55,216 bases of DNA from a virus (taxonomy: Duplodnaviria; Caudoviricetes): positions 1 to 55,216 of IMG/VR virus record IMGVR_UViG_3300038549_000019; one strand, 5' to 3'. The notes below the pieces were generated by a model. It had not been told where the DNA came from, made no database searches, and was given only the letters and a program-made list of their open reading frames with translations. This document shows, piece after piece, positions 34,519 to 45,315 of this stretch (the first letter of the stretch is position 1; the number at the start of each line of letters is the position of its first letter). Made by a program: the position numbers and the translations under genes.

Positions 34519-35907
34519 CTACTTCGTTGAGATGGATCGGGACCCTTGGGTATCACATTCGACGTGCAATTGGAGCATCCAACACCATGGGCTGCTCGTT
34601 GGTTCCGAACGGCCCGGTGTTGATACTGCAATGCGCCTTAATCGTGCAAACACATGGCCACCAATTTTCCCACCGGTGAGGGTGGGTTGGGATATGGTTC
34701 CCAAAATCATCGTTTTGTCGGGTGTGCTAGCTGGGATTAGGATTTCCGCCGTGTCCGTTGTTGATGCAGTGATGGCTCCGCCAACATTTACCCTAAACCA
34801 TTCAACTTCCCACTTGACATACCGATCGGTGCCGTCAACGCCGTTTGTCATGAAATGCACATGCCACGATACTTGGGAGCCCTCCTTCCAGGCGTGAATC
34901 AGTTCCTGCCCCTCACAAACGCTGTAATCGTTTACCGCCCATTGTGGAGCAGTGATGTTACCCTGCACTGTTGCCAGGGTTGGGATATTTGCCCCCGTGG
35001 TCCTGATGATGATAGGAAAATCGATATCCTGCCATACCGTAGAGTTTTCCCACCGGCTGTTAGCGGCATTCCATGCCGGGTAGGACAAATCTCTCGGGCT
35101 AGGCATATAGGCATCATCTAGCCCACGCAGGGTGTCAGAGACCTTGGTGCGCACCAGTATTGAGCCGGAGCCACCTGAACCAGCATGGATAACGATTGCC
35201 TGCTTGCCTCGCAGGTTTGGAGCGTCCGGCGCTACATTTGTCAGTGCCCCAGGAGTTGTGGGTGAGAAATAAAGTATGTCCTCATCTGCCCACGTTTCAC
35301 CATAGGGGGTCCCGGTTGTGTCAATCCCTCGCACTAGGCCGTATGCCGTCACGTATCCAAACTCGTTATTTTCGATGTCCTGGGTTGCTACACCTAGCAT
35401 ATAATCCGCTGCCACCGAACCATCAGCAACCGCCGGGCCGATTTTGAGTTTGCCACTAGCGCCAATCGTGCCGGTCGCCATAACAGCCGTTCCGTCCGTT
35501 ATCGTGCTGCCGGATGTATTTTTTGCGTAGTAATGCAGTTCCTGCCCGCATTGCAGAACAACATCGTTCAGTAGCCCTACATCTAGTGTCCCATCACCCT
35601 CATTCCACTGGACACGCCGGGGCAGTGTTACATGTGGCCCCACCGCAGCCAGGTCTATATAATCAGTAGTCACTGAGTTGTGAGCAGTTGAAGGCATTGA
35701 TATAAGGTGCTGTACGATTTGCTCAAGCCTCGCAAGCCTGCTCAGAGCATCGGCTGCCCTGGCATCGGCAGCTGCGGTCTGTTGCTCCAGCGCGTCACTA
35801 CCTCCTGCCTCTTCCAGCGTCTGCGTTTGGACGTACAGGCGTTCAAACTCTCTGATTGACTCCTCATCCGGGAGGAATGCCGACAGCTGACGGCGCGTAA
35901 ACCGCAT
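34519..35907 (-). CDS. Tail needle-like (gp26 position) protein with large C-terminal extension
   Basis: Follows gp10; N-terminal coiled coil then beta-rich domains; 462 aa. Confidence 0.6.
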   Translation of the reverse strand: MRFTRRQLSAFLPDEESIREFERLYVQTQTLEEAGGSDALEQQTAAADARAADALSRLARLEQIVQHLISMPSTAHNSVTTDYIDLAAVGPHVTLPRRVQWNEGDGTLDVGLLNDVVLQCGQELHYYAKNTSGSTITDGTAVMATGTIGASGKLKIGPAVADGSVAADYMLGVATQDIENNEFGYVTAYGLVRGIDTTGTPYGETWADEDILYFSPTTPGALTNVAPDAPNLRGKQAIVIHAGSGGSGSILVRTKVSDTLRGLDDAYMPSPRDLSYPAWNAANSRWENSTVWQDIDFPIIIRTTGANIPTLATVQGNITAPQWAVNDYSVCEGQELIHAWKEGSQVSWHVHFMTNGVDGTDRYVKWEVEWFRVNVGGAITASTTDTAEILIPASTPDKTMILGTISQPTLTGGKIGGHVFARLRRIAVSTPGRSEPTSSPWCWMLQLHVECDTQGSRSISTK

Positions 35908-35908
35908 A

Positions 35909-37312
35909 TCATGCCCCCAAGGACTCGAATTGGGCCTCGAGACGCGCAAACGATGCCCTCCCTGTGCTATCGCCTCGGAATCGCTGGATCCGCCAATTCC
36001 TCATGAACCCTTGGGTTCTCCAAACCAGGCGTTTGTCCCTTTGTCCGCTGGTCCCAAGCCGGATTGGGCGGTCCTGGCTCCATGTTTGCCCGTCCGTTGA
36101 GTATGATGTTGTTATTACAGGATTTGCACCGTGTGGGATATTCCTAGCGATGGATACTAGCTCCATTTCGTGGATGACGGCCCCTCGGGAATCGTTATAT
36201 AGGATACGCGTAGAAAACTCCCACCCAACAACCTGCCCCCAGTGGTGGCCTGTTGTCCCGTCGATGTAACCAAGGGCGGCTCCAGCAGGATCACCAACCT
36301 CCCATCGACCACGGGCCCAACAGTAGTCACGGGCCCTAAATTGCCCGCTACTGGCTACACCACTCGTCATGATCGACCAGACAGGCCCGCTCACTGCTTT
36401 TGAGGCTGTCAGGTCGAGGGCTAGTGTTTTGTCAGGGAGATGAACCAGCAGAATGTGATTGAGCTTATCATGTATTGCTTCTAGCTTCGCCTCCGCTAGG
36501 GTCGCCTCACTATACCCCCTCAGTATGGTTTCGATCTCTGGGGTTGAGGCTCTGGTGGCCGTCGCGTTAGCCCCTAGCCAGATAGCGATGGGCTCGTTTC
36601 TGCCTCCTCCCATAAAAGCGATGCCATCGTCAAACGCGCAGCAGGTATGAGTTCCGACGGATCCTCTGGTAATTTGTGCCCCTGGAACCCGCTGGAACGG
36701 GAATGCCGTCCCGCCGATGTTTGTAAAAACTTCAATCGTGTACCTATTGACGGCGTAGGGCTCGTTTCTGATTTTGACTAGCGCCAATAACGGATCCGGA
36801 TCAACTTCGCTAGATCCGTATTTAAGCGGGTTGACCTGGGTAGGGTCGGATAGATCCGTCACGATTAGATTTGTTCCATCGTGGACCATGTAGTACCCGT
36901 CGACCCAAATCACATCTAACGCGGAGCCTAGGTCAGGGTCAACTACCTGCGTCAGGGCGGTCCCATCCCAGTAATATAGCCTACCGCCGGATGTGACAGC
37001 CAACCTGCCAAACCCATAGTCCATTGATACTAGGCCACCGGTGCCGACGTCTCCCAGGGTCACATAGGTTCCGTTTGCATTGACCCTGACTAACTTGCGC
37101 CCCATTACCCGGTAAACCTCACCCTGCCAGACAATGCCCCCCCGGTTTAGCCCGGGGCCGGTTCCTAACTGTGTAATCCCGTCGAGCGGTCGCAAATACC
37201 CACTACTGATGCCACTCTCCCCAGCCACCGGGACTAGATTAACCGGGTATGCGGTCCTGATGTCCGGGCCGTTGTCGGTGAATACGCCACTCAGGATAGG
37301 GATTTGTGTCAT
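35909..37312 (-). CDS. gp10-like tail hub, copy 2
   Basis: Allele of 605-2008. Confidence 0.85.
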   Translation of the reverse strand: MTQIPILSGVFTDNGPDIRTAYPVNLVPVAGESGISSGYLRPLDGITQLGTGPGLNRGGIVWQGEVYRVMGRKLVRVNANGTYVTLGDVGTGGLVSMDYGFGRLAVTSGGRLYYWDGTALTQVVDPDLGSALDVIWVDGYYMVHDGTNLIVTDLSDPTQVNPLKYGSSEVDPDPLLALVKIRNEPYAVNRYTIEVFTNIGGTAFPFQRVPGAQITRGSVGTHTCCAFDDGIAFMGGGRNEPIAIWLGANATATRASTPEIETILRGYSEATLAEAKLEAIHDKLNHILLVHLPDKTLALDLTASKAVSGPVWSIMTSGVASSGQFRARDYCWARGRWEVGDPAGAALGYIDGTTGHHWGQVVGWEFSTRILYNDSRGAVIHEMELVSIARNIPHGANPVITTSYSTDGQTWSQDRPIRLGTSGQRDKRLVWRTQGFMRNWRIQRFRGDSTGRASFARLEAQFESLGA

Positions 37313-37774
37313 TTATTGGACACCCTTGAAAACCTGCACTGTAAATCCGACGGTTAGGTCATCCGCAGCCGCATCGATTGCGGCGCTATCCCAAAACCGT
37401 ACAGTCGCACCAGGAGGCAGCCAGCAATCGACCGGGATTGAGACCTGGATGACGCTATCAACAAAGGACGTTTCACGTGCAACCCCCTGCATAAACATGT
37501 AGTTCCGGGCCAGAGATGCAGCCTGGACAGCCCCTGCCGAGTAATACCCCATTAGACCGCCGGAGGCATCGGTCAATGTCAGGCGCATTTGTCGATTACC
37601 GGCTGTTGCGGTTGATGCGAGGCGTGTGCTGGCCATGCATAGTTTCCATGTCTCGCCTGCTGGGACGGTCCACGATTTGTCGCTATCGTTGGTGACGTTA
37701 TCGTAGTAGTGCCTCAAAGGCGCGATACTGGTAACACAATCGGTTCTGTTGCTGCCACTCAGTTCATATTGCAT
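37313..37774 (-). CDS. Hypothetical, copy 2
   Basis: Allele of 2009-2470. Confidence 0.6.
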   Translation of the reverse strand: MQYELSGSNRTDCVTSIAPLRHYYDNVTNDSDKSWTVPAGETWKLCMASTRLASTATAGNRQMRLTLTDASGGLMGYYSAGAVQAASLARNYMFMQGVARETSFVDSVIQVSIPVDCWLPPGATVRFWDSAAIDAAADDLTVGFTVQVFKGVQ

Positions 37775-37782
37775 TTCTGCTC

Positions 37783-38139
37783 CTATCCAATACGCCAATT
37801 GGTTCCATCGCAAAATACTGGTACGACATTCGCACCGCCACCAGCCACAACCGCCCCAATGCCCGCGGTAAATGCTGCGTTTGAGTTTGTAACATGAGCC
37901 CTTGCACCTGCTAGGGTGGCGGTTGCCACCGGGAGGTTAGCGACTAGATACGCGGTTGTCTGCAAATACTCACTAACAGTCAGTGTAGAGGCGGTTGCAT
38001 CGGTCATGTTTGTTTGAACAAAATCGCGCACGGTCCCGACACTGACTTTCCGTGCGTCCCCGTCATCTACAGAGTATGCAAGTAGTTTATCACCACTAAC
38101 CACGGGGCTTTTTGTTGAGAGCTGATTAATCGTTGTCAT
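37783..38139 (-). CDS. Hypothetical structural protein, copy 2
   Basis: Allele of 2479-2835. Confidence 0.6.
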   Translation of the reverse strand: MTTINQLSTKSPVVSGDKLLAYSVDDGDARKVSVGTVRDFVQTNMTDATASTLTVSEYLQTTAYLVANLPVATATLAGARAHVTNSNAAFTAGIGAVVAGGGANVVPVFCDGTNWRIG

Positions 38140-38142
38140 ACG

Positions 38143-38625
38143 CTACTCCAGGTCAATAGGGCTATCTGGCCCGACTACGACATTATCAGTAGGGGCAGGC
38201 ATGAAATTGGAGCCCGTGTCGTAGGTTGGTTTGTGGCCAGCCCCGGACGGTAGGCCGATTGAGTATTGCATTTGAGGCGGGATTGCTGCCCGGGACAACA
38301 ACACATTATAGGCCTTGTATGCTGCGACCCTGGAGTCCTGGGCTGGTGTTTTACCGTACCCGGGAGCGAGTTTGAGCGCCAGATTGACGATGATAGCCTC
38401 GTTGGCCGAGTCGGGGACGCCTGTTGCCTCGTCGAGGTCGCTATCGTCGGGATTGGAAGGGATCGGGTAGCCTAGCCGGATACCCTTCCCGTTCCATTCA
38501 GCCAACATACTATCGAGCCGCCGCAGCGCCCTCTGGAGATCCTCCGGGTTGAGGTCAAAAACATATTCCGCCAACCCGAGTTCGGCGAATGCCTCAGAGA
38601 TAAATTGGCGCTTTGTATAGCCCAC
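38143..38625 (-). CDS. gp4-like adaptor, copy 2
   Basis: Allele of 2839-3321. Confidence 0.85.
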   Translation of the reverse strand: MGYTKRQFISEAFAELGLAEYVFDLNPEDLQRALRRLDSMLAEWNGKGIRLGYPIPSNPDDSDLDEATGVPDSANEAIIVNLALKLAPGYGKTPAQDSRVAAYKAYNVLLSRAAIPPQMQYSIGLPSGAGHKPTYDTGSNFMPAPTDNVVVGPDSPIDLE

Positions 38626-38627
38626 TT

Positions 38628-38924
38628 TTACACCCCGTTGGCAGTTTTTGCCTCGTCGATTTTGTTAATCAGAGTCGCATCGGCTGTCCGTCCATCAAAT
38701 TTGATGCCCAGGGCCTTGGCTGTGGCTTCCAAATCCGCCCTGGTAGGGGCCCGATAAGGCTTTTCCGCATCCAAAACACGCACTGGACGAGGCGCGGGAG
38801 CCATCTGAGGCTCATGATACCATCCTGCCTTGATGGCGGCAGCATAGTCGTGGGCATCAACAACCAGCAGATACTGCTGGGACCGACCGTCAACCGTCTG
38901 AAACACGTAACGCGGGAACTCCAT
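38628..38924 (-). CDS. Hypothetical, copy 2
   Basis: Allele of 3324-3620. Confidence 0.6.
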   Translation of the reverse strand: MEFPRYVFQTVDGRSQQYLLVVDAHDYAAAIKAGWYHEPQMAPAPRPVRVLDAEKPYRAPTRADLEATAKALGIKFDGRTADATLINKIDEAKTANGV

Positions 38925-38988
38925 GTAATCCTCCTATGGTTGCAAGATAGGTGGGGGGATTCCGCCCCCCACCTAATCTTACGGCATA

Positions 38989-39633
38989 TTAAGCAATGCG
39001 GTAGGTCACAAACGCGTTCGCCGCTGTCTTCCGCGTCCGGAACATGGCGCTATTCCCGTAAATCCCACCAGTTGAGGCATGGGCAGACTGGACGATCGGG
39101 TTACCGACGATCGTATGGTCGGCTCCGGCTGTCAACGTGATGGTATCGGCAGCGGCAGCACTGAGATTAATGAGGCTCCAGTCGAATGCCTCGTTAATCT
39201 GGAGACCAGCACCGGCGTCTGACAGGGTGCCAGTGGGGAGCGTGTAGGCCTGAGTAGCACCCGCTGCATGGGTCCCGGTGACGATTTTGGTCAGCAGTTC
39301 CGCGATTGTCAGGGTTGCAGCCGTGGTTTCAGCAGTCGGAGCACCCTGCACGAGAGTCCCCGCTGCAACATCCGCCGATGGGACAGTGCCGATGTCATAC
39401 GTAGCACCACCGGCACCCGCCTCAATCCGGATCTCAGTCGCGGCTGAAAACGCGGTTGAGACGTATTCGGTTCCGGCGGTTGTCTCGGCAACAAAAACCC
39501 AGGCTTCCGGGTAATTAGTGGTCGCCACCTTCTTGTATAGCTTGCACGGGGTCACCGAGAAAATAGCGACTTTGGACGAGGCGGGCACGGTAGCCAGGGC
39601 TGTTCCGTCGCGGAAGATGTATTGCTTGGCCAT
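38989..39633 (-). CDS. Putative decoration protein, copy 2
   Basis: Allele of 3685-4329. Confidence 0.55.
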   Translation of the reverse strand: MAKQYIFRDGTALATVPASSKVAIFSVTPCKLYKKVATTNYPEAWVFVAETTAGTEYVSTAFSAATEIRIEAGAGGATYDIGTVPSADVAAGTLVQGAPTAETTAATLTIAELLTKIVTGTHAAGATQAYTLPTGTLSDAGAGLQINEAFDWSLINLSAAAADTITLTAGADHTIVGNPIVQSAHASTGGIYGNSAMFRTRKTAANAFVTYRIA

Positions 39634-39700
39634 TGTTATCTCTCCTTTCTATAAACAAGGGAAAGGCGGGCTGGATTCCCGGCCCGCCTGGGTTTCACAA

Positions 39701-40975
39701 TTAGGTCTGGCTAAACAGAATGATCCCGCTCATTTCGGGCTGTTTGTTCACAACACCAAAGAGTGTGTCCAGACGATACTTGGTCTTCATCGTGTTGATG
39801 TCATATTGCTTCTGCATGACCAACTGAATGCCCTGGTCGGTCGCACCCTTCATAACAGCAGCACCGGCATCAGACGGGACCGCATAGCGACCGGGCAGGA
39901 TTTCCAGTGCGTCACGCTGCCAGAAAACATTGATCGGGGCAGCTGCGGTGTTGAGCCAGACGATGGCGGAGTTGGCAGCCTTGGTGTTGATGACACAATT
40001 CTGATACATCTTTTCGGCTGCGGTCGCACCCTGGGCCGTAATCATGGGCGGGGTAATCTTGAGTGTGGTCCCATCAACAACTTCGACAACGCGGAACGTC
40101 TTAAGCTGCCCGGTGTCACCCTTTGTAACGTGATGAACGGCATTTAGGGCGGCAACTGTGAAACAGTCGCCAGCAACCACGCTAGCCGTTGAGCTGACCG
40201 TGATGGTCTGGAACCGGTTATCAACGTTGCTAACCTCACCGGTGGTAGCGGTCGAGGTCGCCTTGGGGGTGTAGTAATTGCCTCCACCGTCCAACGTGGA
40301 CATCGTGATAGCACCACCACCAGCAGCCGCAGTGATGCGCTGGGCATAATCGAGCTTGTAGGTATCGAAGCCAGCGACACGGCCTACGAACGAATCAGTA
40401 TAGGCCTTTTCAGATTTGCCATTCCCGAACGAGCGGCTGGCCTTGGAAAGATCGGCTGCCATCCCGTTGTAATCGCGGCTGCAAAGGCCCGCATAGCGAT
40501 CCCAGGATGGGACACCCTGCTCGTTCATGAGCGCGTCGCACAGGGCCAAATCAGCATAGCCGGAGGCAGCCGCCGTTACCTTGACAACGAGGGAACCATA
40601 CAGGCTAGCGGCGCTCAGCATTGCAAGATTAATATCGGATGCCAGCTTCTGCTTAGCCGCCTCGCCCAACCGGCCCTCCTGGAGGGTGTCCCGCAGCTCA
40701 GCAGCGGTCAAGGTCCAGGGCACAGACTTGCTATACCCGAGCGTGGCCGGGACGGAAAGCTGAGTCTGGTCGCCAAAGTTGGCGGACATATCGGTGCCAG
40801 TGAAGCTCTGCATGATGTAGGGCTGAGGACGCCAAACGATATTGTTGGCTCGTTCCATCATCGCATCATCAGAGCGATAGACGCTCACATTCTTGCTCAA
40901 CACCAGAGCATCGTTGAACCCCTCCAACAGGGTCTCAAACGCCACTCGTTCCTCTTTGCTAAAAGCGTTGCTCAT
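39701..40975 (-). CDS. Major capsid protein, copy 2
   Basis: Allele of 4397-5671. Confidence 0.9.
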   Translation of the reverse strand: MSNAFSKEERVAFETLLEGFNDALVLSKNVSVYRSDDAMMERANNIVWRPQPYIMQSFTGTDMSANFGDQTQLSVPATLGYSKSVPWTLTAAELRDTLQEGRLGEAAKQKLASDINLAMLSAASLYGSLVVKVTAAASGYADLALCDALMNEQGVPSWDRYAGLCSRDYNGMAADLSKASRSFGNGKSEKAYTDSFVGRVAGFDTYKLDYAQRITAAAGGGAITMSTLDGGGNYYTPKATSTATTGEVSNVDNRFQTITVSSTASVVAGDCFTVAALNAVHHVTKGDTGQLKTFRVVEVVDGTTLKITPPMITAQGATAAEKMYQNCVINTKAANSAIVWLNTAAAPINVFWQRDALEILPGRYAVPSDAGAAVMKGATDQGIQLVMQKQYDINTMKTKYRLDTLFGVVNKQPEMSGIILFSQT

Positions 40976-40987
40976 TTTGTTTCTCCT

Positions 40988-41833
40988 TTAGGACTGCTTG
41001 TCCCTGATTTGCCGTTTGTAGGCTGTCACTTTGGTATAGTCTCCAGACCGGGCAGCCTCTTCCCGAAGTCTTTCAAGCGTCGAATCCACCGTTCCGGAGA
41101 TATTTCGCCCGGTTGCCTGGGGCACCTTCTCGGGGGGTGGAATGGGGTTGCGTTTTGACATTTTGATTTGCGCCTCAAGTTTTGCAGCCGCGAATGCAAA
41201 TTTCACAGGGTCAGTAATGCTAGCGAGTTCCTTGGCTTTGGCAGGAGACTTGCCCAGCGCATAGACCATTTGTGCCGGGTTGGTGCACCCCTGGATGAGG
41301 ATTCCCTGTTGGACTTGGCTCAGGGTGCTAAAGACTTCCGATTCGGCCTCTTCAAAGTCATCAACCTCTAAAGATGTCTTAGCCTTGCCGTAATCCTCAA
41401 CCCGGGCCTGCCACGCCTTGGTTTGTTCCTCTTCCTGGGCCTTAGCCTTAGCCTCAGCCTCGTCTTTCTTTCGCTTTGTTTCGTACCAGCGGGTAAGATC
41501 CTCCTCGTACCTTTCGGGGTCCCATTCGCAGCCCTCCAACGTGGGCTTGGGGCCGATGGTCACTTCCGGCGTCTTGGCCTGCTCGTACTCCCGGAGCTTT
41601 TCCTCCAACTTTCTCTTTTCTTTCACTGTCTCCCTGTGAGTTTTGCGCAGTTCCCGGAGCCATTTGGGATCCTTGCGATCCTCTTCCTTGACAGCGGGTT
41701 CCTCGCCAAACGTAACAATGACTGATTCCGGCTCCTCGGCTGGGGTGGGGGCTTCCTCACCCTCGGGTGTCTCACCCGTAAGAGGCTCCTGGATCTCGGC
41801 TTCTTGTGGCGTTTGTTCTTCGACTTGGCTCAT
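40988..41833 (-). CDS. Scaffolding protein, copy 2
   Basis: Allele of 5684-6529. Confidence 0.8.
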   Translation of the reverse strand: MSQVEEQTPQEAEIQEPLTGETPEGEEAPTPAEEPESVIVTFGEEPAVKEEDRKDPKWLRELRKTHRETVKEKRKLEEKLREYEQAKTPEVTIGPKPTLEGCEWDPERYEEDLTRWYETKRKKDEAEAKAKAQEEEQTKAWQARVEDYGKAKTSLEVDDFEEAESEVFSTLSQVQQGILIQGCTNPAQMVYALGKSPAKAKELASITDPVKFAFAAAKLEAQIKMSKRNPIPPPEKVPQATGRNISGTVDSTLERLREEAARSGDYTKVTAYKRQIRDKQS

Positions 41834-41843
41834 GATGCGCCTT

Positions 41844-43958
41844 TCACTCCCCATTGAGGGCCGGGGGATAGCCCATATTGCCTAGCGCGTCCGGTTCATC
41901 GGCTGGACGGGTAGCCGTAGTTTGCACTGCCTCCTCCAGGACTCGGGCCATCCTGACCGCAGCTTCACCGGTCTTGATGTCTAGCTGGGATAGTGTTTCT
42001 GCCGTTTTTGCCCTAGTCAGTTCGGTCTCTGCAACCGTTTTGACCGCATCCGTTTGGGCCTTAATTGCCTTGGCCTGTGCTTCGGCAGCCGCTGCCTTGA
42101 GGTATTCGGCCTGGGGGTCCGGCTGTTGAGCATTCAATGCCGCCTGCATGGCTTCCAGATCCGCTTCTGTCGGCTTGAGGGCACCAAGTTTGACCAACTT
42201 CTGCCGGAAGTACTCCCTAACATCCGTGATGCCTTCCCCTTCGATGTTCATCAGGACCATCGCCTGCAAAATCTGCTGTGTCTCTGGGTCTGTCACCACC
42301 GGGAGTAACGCTGTCAGGGATTTGACTGTGGCATCCCTTCTGCTTTGGCTTGTCGGCCCCACTTCCACCGAGACATCCATGTTGGCGGTTGATAAATCGT
42401 TCTCTAACACAACCTTGCCGGTCTTGTCTAGCACTTTCCGGCCAATTGTTACCGGGAACGCCTTGCCCGATGCATCGAACCCCTTCATCCTGCGCTCGTC
42501 ATCACCAGGGCTGTAAATCTCCTGGGCAATCGAGAGCCAAACCTCACCGCATCGCCGGACGGCCTTGGCCATGTTGGACATATAAATGAAGGACTGCATA
42601 TCCAGACGCGTTTGGATTAGTTCAACGGCCTTGCCGGAGATATTGCTGACTAGATTATCGCCGTTTTGAGCACCACCCAACAGATCCTTGAGATCCTGCT
42701 CTGTCAGCTGCAACAAGGCCCCCAGGGCCGGGGGAACCTGGGGGGGCTGAGTTGATCCGACTGGACCACTAATAACAGACTGGCCACTTGCATCCATGAC
42801 CGGGTTAATCAGCAGGTAGGGGTAATTATTGACGTTATCATCCGCCCACATGACCTGATGCCCTGAAACCTGCTCTGGTGTAAAGATCGGCTTCTGGACA
42901 GGAGATAAAGCAGAAATCTCACCGAGGCGGGAAATCTGCATGTTTTTCAGCCGCTGGCTATCTTTTGCTGTTCGGACATGCCCCTGCATTCGTTCAACGC
43001 CGTCGATTACCCATCTCTTACCAAATACAGGAATAATGGGGATGTGCTTACCGGCGATAACCCCGCAGTCCTCAAGCACCTTCCCACCTGACATGAGATA
43101 CTTGTGGACTCTGCGGGTCTTAATCTTTCGGCGCTTGATCTCATCGGACCCAGTTGAGGCCAGTTCCCTCAGCAATGCCCCATCATCGTCCTCAAGATCA
43201 TCCAAGGTGTGGGATTGCTCCTCCCCTGTAATGAGCCTGTAGGTTACCAGTGTGTCGCTTTGTTCCTCGACAACGTAGTATTCGGCGATATAAACCGTGT
43301 CCGGGGTTGCCCAGTCAAACATTGACGCATCAATGGGCTTTTCCCAGGATGTTGGATCATCGCCCCATTCTGCGATGTAATCCTCCTTGTCCTGGGGGAC
43401 CAGCACGAAACAATATTTGGCGTCTGCCTTGTCCTGGCGTCTTGCGGTAGGGTCAAAAAACACGCATGAATCGGCGTCAAAAATCGGCTCGAACCGCACA
43501 CGTTGGCGGTCGTCCTCGGGATCCAGTTCATTTTCGTAGCAGGCCCGGACACGCCACGCCCCAAACCCTCCCCCTACGGCCTCCTCAAATGCATTATCGT
43601 AGGCCTCATCAGCTGCGCTATCCTGCTCGTCTGCTCGATACAGCGCATCGCATGTACCCGCCAATGAATCCTTCTCGCTGCCGTCCTTGGGGACAAAATC
43701 AACACTGATACGGTTGTTGCGGTATTCATTGATGATGCGAATGATGTTGAGGTGAACTTTATTAACCTCAAACATTGGCCGGTTCTTAAACTGCTCCCCA
43801 AGTGCCCCTTCCCACTGTGCCCCGGCGATAGAGTAAAACCGCCTATCCTCAAGGCAAAGCTTGCGCTCATCCTGGCAGGCATCTATGGTTAGGTCAAACC
43901 GGCGCAGAGCCTCAGTATGGACCCTGCGGAGGCGTTCCTCTGTGCTCTGTCGCCCCAT
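41844..43958 (-). CDS. Portal protein, copy 2
   Basis: Allele of 6540-8654. Confidence 0.9.
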   Translation of the reverse strand: MGRQSTEERLRRVHTEALRRFDLTIDACQDERKLCLEDRRFYSIAGAQWEGALGEQFKNRPMFEVNKVHLNIIRIINEYRNNRISVDFVPKDGSEKDSLAGTCDALYRADEQDSAADEAYDNAFEEAVGGGFGAWRVRACYENELDPEDDRQRVRFEPIFDADSCVFFDPTARRQDKADAKYCFVLVPQDKEDYIAEWGDDPTSWEKPIDASMFDWATPDTVYIAEYYVVEEQSDTLVTYRLITGEEQSHTLDDLEDDDGALLRELASTGSDEIKRRKIKTRRVHKYLMSGGKVLEDCGVIAGKHIPIIPVFGKRWVIDGVERMQGHVRTAKDSQRLKNMQISRLGEISALSPVQKPIFTPEQVSGHQVMWADDNVNNYPYLLINPVMDASGQSVISGPVGSTQPPQVPPALGALLQLTEQDLKDLLGGAQNGDNLVSNISGKAVELIQTRLDMQSFIYMSNMAKAVRRCGEVWLSIAQEIYSPGDDERRMKGFDASGKAFPVTIGRKVLDKTGKVVLENDLSTANMDVSVEVGPTSQSRRDATVKSLTALLPVVTDPETQQILQAMVLMNIEGEGITDVREYFRQKLVKLGALKPTEADLEAMQAALNAQQPDPQAEYLKAAAAEAQAKAIKAQTDAVKTVAETELTRAKTAETLSQLDIKTGEAAVRMARVLEEAVQTTATRPADEPDALGNMGYPPALNGE

Positions 43959-43980
43959 AGTACCCCCATATGATTATAGG

Positions 43981-45315
43981 TTATCTCCACCTGCTAGCAA
44001 CAGGCAATGGTATAAATTCCTGTTTGGCTGGTTTGGGGTTAACGATGCCGCCAAATAGCTCTGTAAGCACCCATATCCAGGCGTCGGCCCTATTGGGCGA
44101 TTGTGTCCCGGTGTATCCTATGGTTGACATGGCTGTGAGTTCATCCTCAAGCTCCCTGAATTCTCCGGCGTGGCGAATTCTGCCTTGCTCATACAGCGGG
44201 GCGAACGGTTCCGCCCGGACGGCCTTGCCCCGTGTTGCGGTAACAGCGCGATAGGGCGTCCGGGGCCGAGCGGTCTGAATGACTTGTTGGACCATGGCCC
44301 CGCCGTAGTTGGTCTCACCTACAACCACGTCTGCCCTGTGGCGGTCATACGCGGTCGCTACAACTCGGCTCCACGTAGAGGGCCCTGCCTTGACTGTGCA
44401 GTCCTCGAGCAGATACGCATTGCCGTCCGTCCCCAACCCGCCAACAACGATACCGATGGCATCGTGCTCCGATCCGTCCCCGTCCCCCGCCCCTGATGGG
44501 TCAACACCGACCACAACCCTCACCATGTCGGGCAATAGGTGCTTGTCCAGCCACCTCCACTTGTCGATATCCTCTTCGTGAAACAAGGCATTAGGGGTTG
44601 CGTCAGCAAACTCGCCGTGAAGGAACCGCTTCTGGAGGCGAGGGCTAAGCCCTTTGAGTGTTTTTTCTATATAAGAAGGCTCTATGTTATCTTCATTATC
44701 CGTGGGATTAATCCTAAACCATGCATATTCTTCTGGGTCTCGTAGCGGAGTTTTTTTCTCTGGATCCCGTTTTTCGATGAACAGCCGATACGTCCAGTGG
44801 TTTTTGGATGGCGGGTTCTCGTCATAATACATGCGTGGCTTGAGTGTGGTCGGCTCACATCCCTCCATCCGCTGGTCCACTAGCTGTGCCAGACGGGTTA
44901 CAGCGATGTCCCTGCTCCCCTTGGGTATCTGTGACGCCTCATTTAAATAGATGGTGGCGAATTCCATCCCTAGGATCTTCTCGGTTCGCTCTTTGTCATC
45001 TAGCCCGCCGAACCAGATTTGTGAACCGTTCTCGAGGTCGGCATGCCAGTCGGTTTTGTCCAACTTGTATTTAACGCCTGGGTAGCAGAGTCTCATTACC
45101 TTTGGGAAGGTATCAAGCACCACTGATGCCTTGACCGCATTAAACCTGTATCGCAGGATAGCGTGACGGCTGTTCGGGGCTTTGAGCGCCCGCATACATA
45201 CGGCTCTCACCAATAGGAACGTCTTGCCGCTGCGGCTTCCGCCCACCAGCATAATATGCGTAGCGGGCCCAGCTAGGACCCGCATCGCCTCCTGCTGTTT
45301 TTCGGTGAGCTTCAC
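43981..45315 (-). CDS. terL: Terminase large subunit, copy 2 (444 aa)
   Basis: Allele of 8677-10005, two residues longer. Confidence 0.93.
   Translation of the reverse strand: MKLTEKQQEAMRVLAGPATHIMLVGGSRSGKTFLLVRAVCMRALKAPNSRHAILRYRFNAVKASVVLDTFPKVMRLCYPGVKYKLDKTDWHADLENGSQIWFGGLDDKERTEKILGMEFATIYLNEASQIPKGSRDIAVTRLAQLVDQRMEGCEPTTLKPRMYYDENPPSKNHWTYRLFIEKRDPEKKTPLRDPEEYAWFRINPTDNEDNIEPSYIEKTLKGLSPRLQKRFLHGEFADATPNALFHEEDIDKWRWLDKHLLPDMVRVVVGVDPSGAGDGDGSEHDAIGIVVGGLGTDGNAYLLEDCTVKAGPSTWSRVVATAYDRHRADVVVGETNYGGAMVQQVIQTARPRTPYRAVTATRGKAVRAEPFAPLYEQGRIRHAGEFRELEDELTAMSTIGYTGTQSPNRADAWIWVLTELFGGIVNPKPAKQEFIPLPVASRWR

Larger units (their letters stand above)
1..35304. mobile_element. One unit-length P22-like podophage genome (circularly permuted)
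   Basis: Complete head, tail, lysis, replication and recombination gene set; sequence resumes at 35305; no host genes seen. Confidence 0.9.

Noticed and set aside
1-35304. Integrase, IntI, transposase or reverse transcriptase gene
   Set aside because: No ORF shows tyrosine-recombinase R..HxxR..Y, serine-recombinase, DDE or YxDD motifs by eye; an HMM search is needed to be certain
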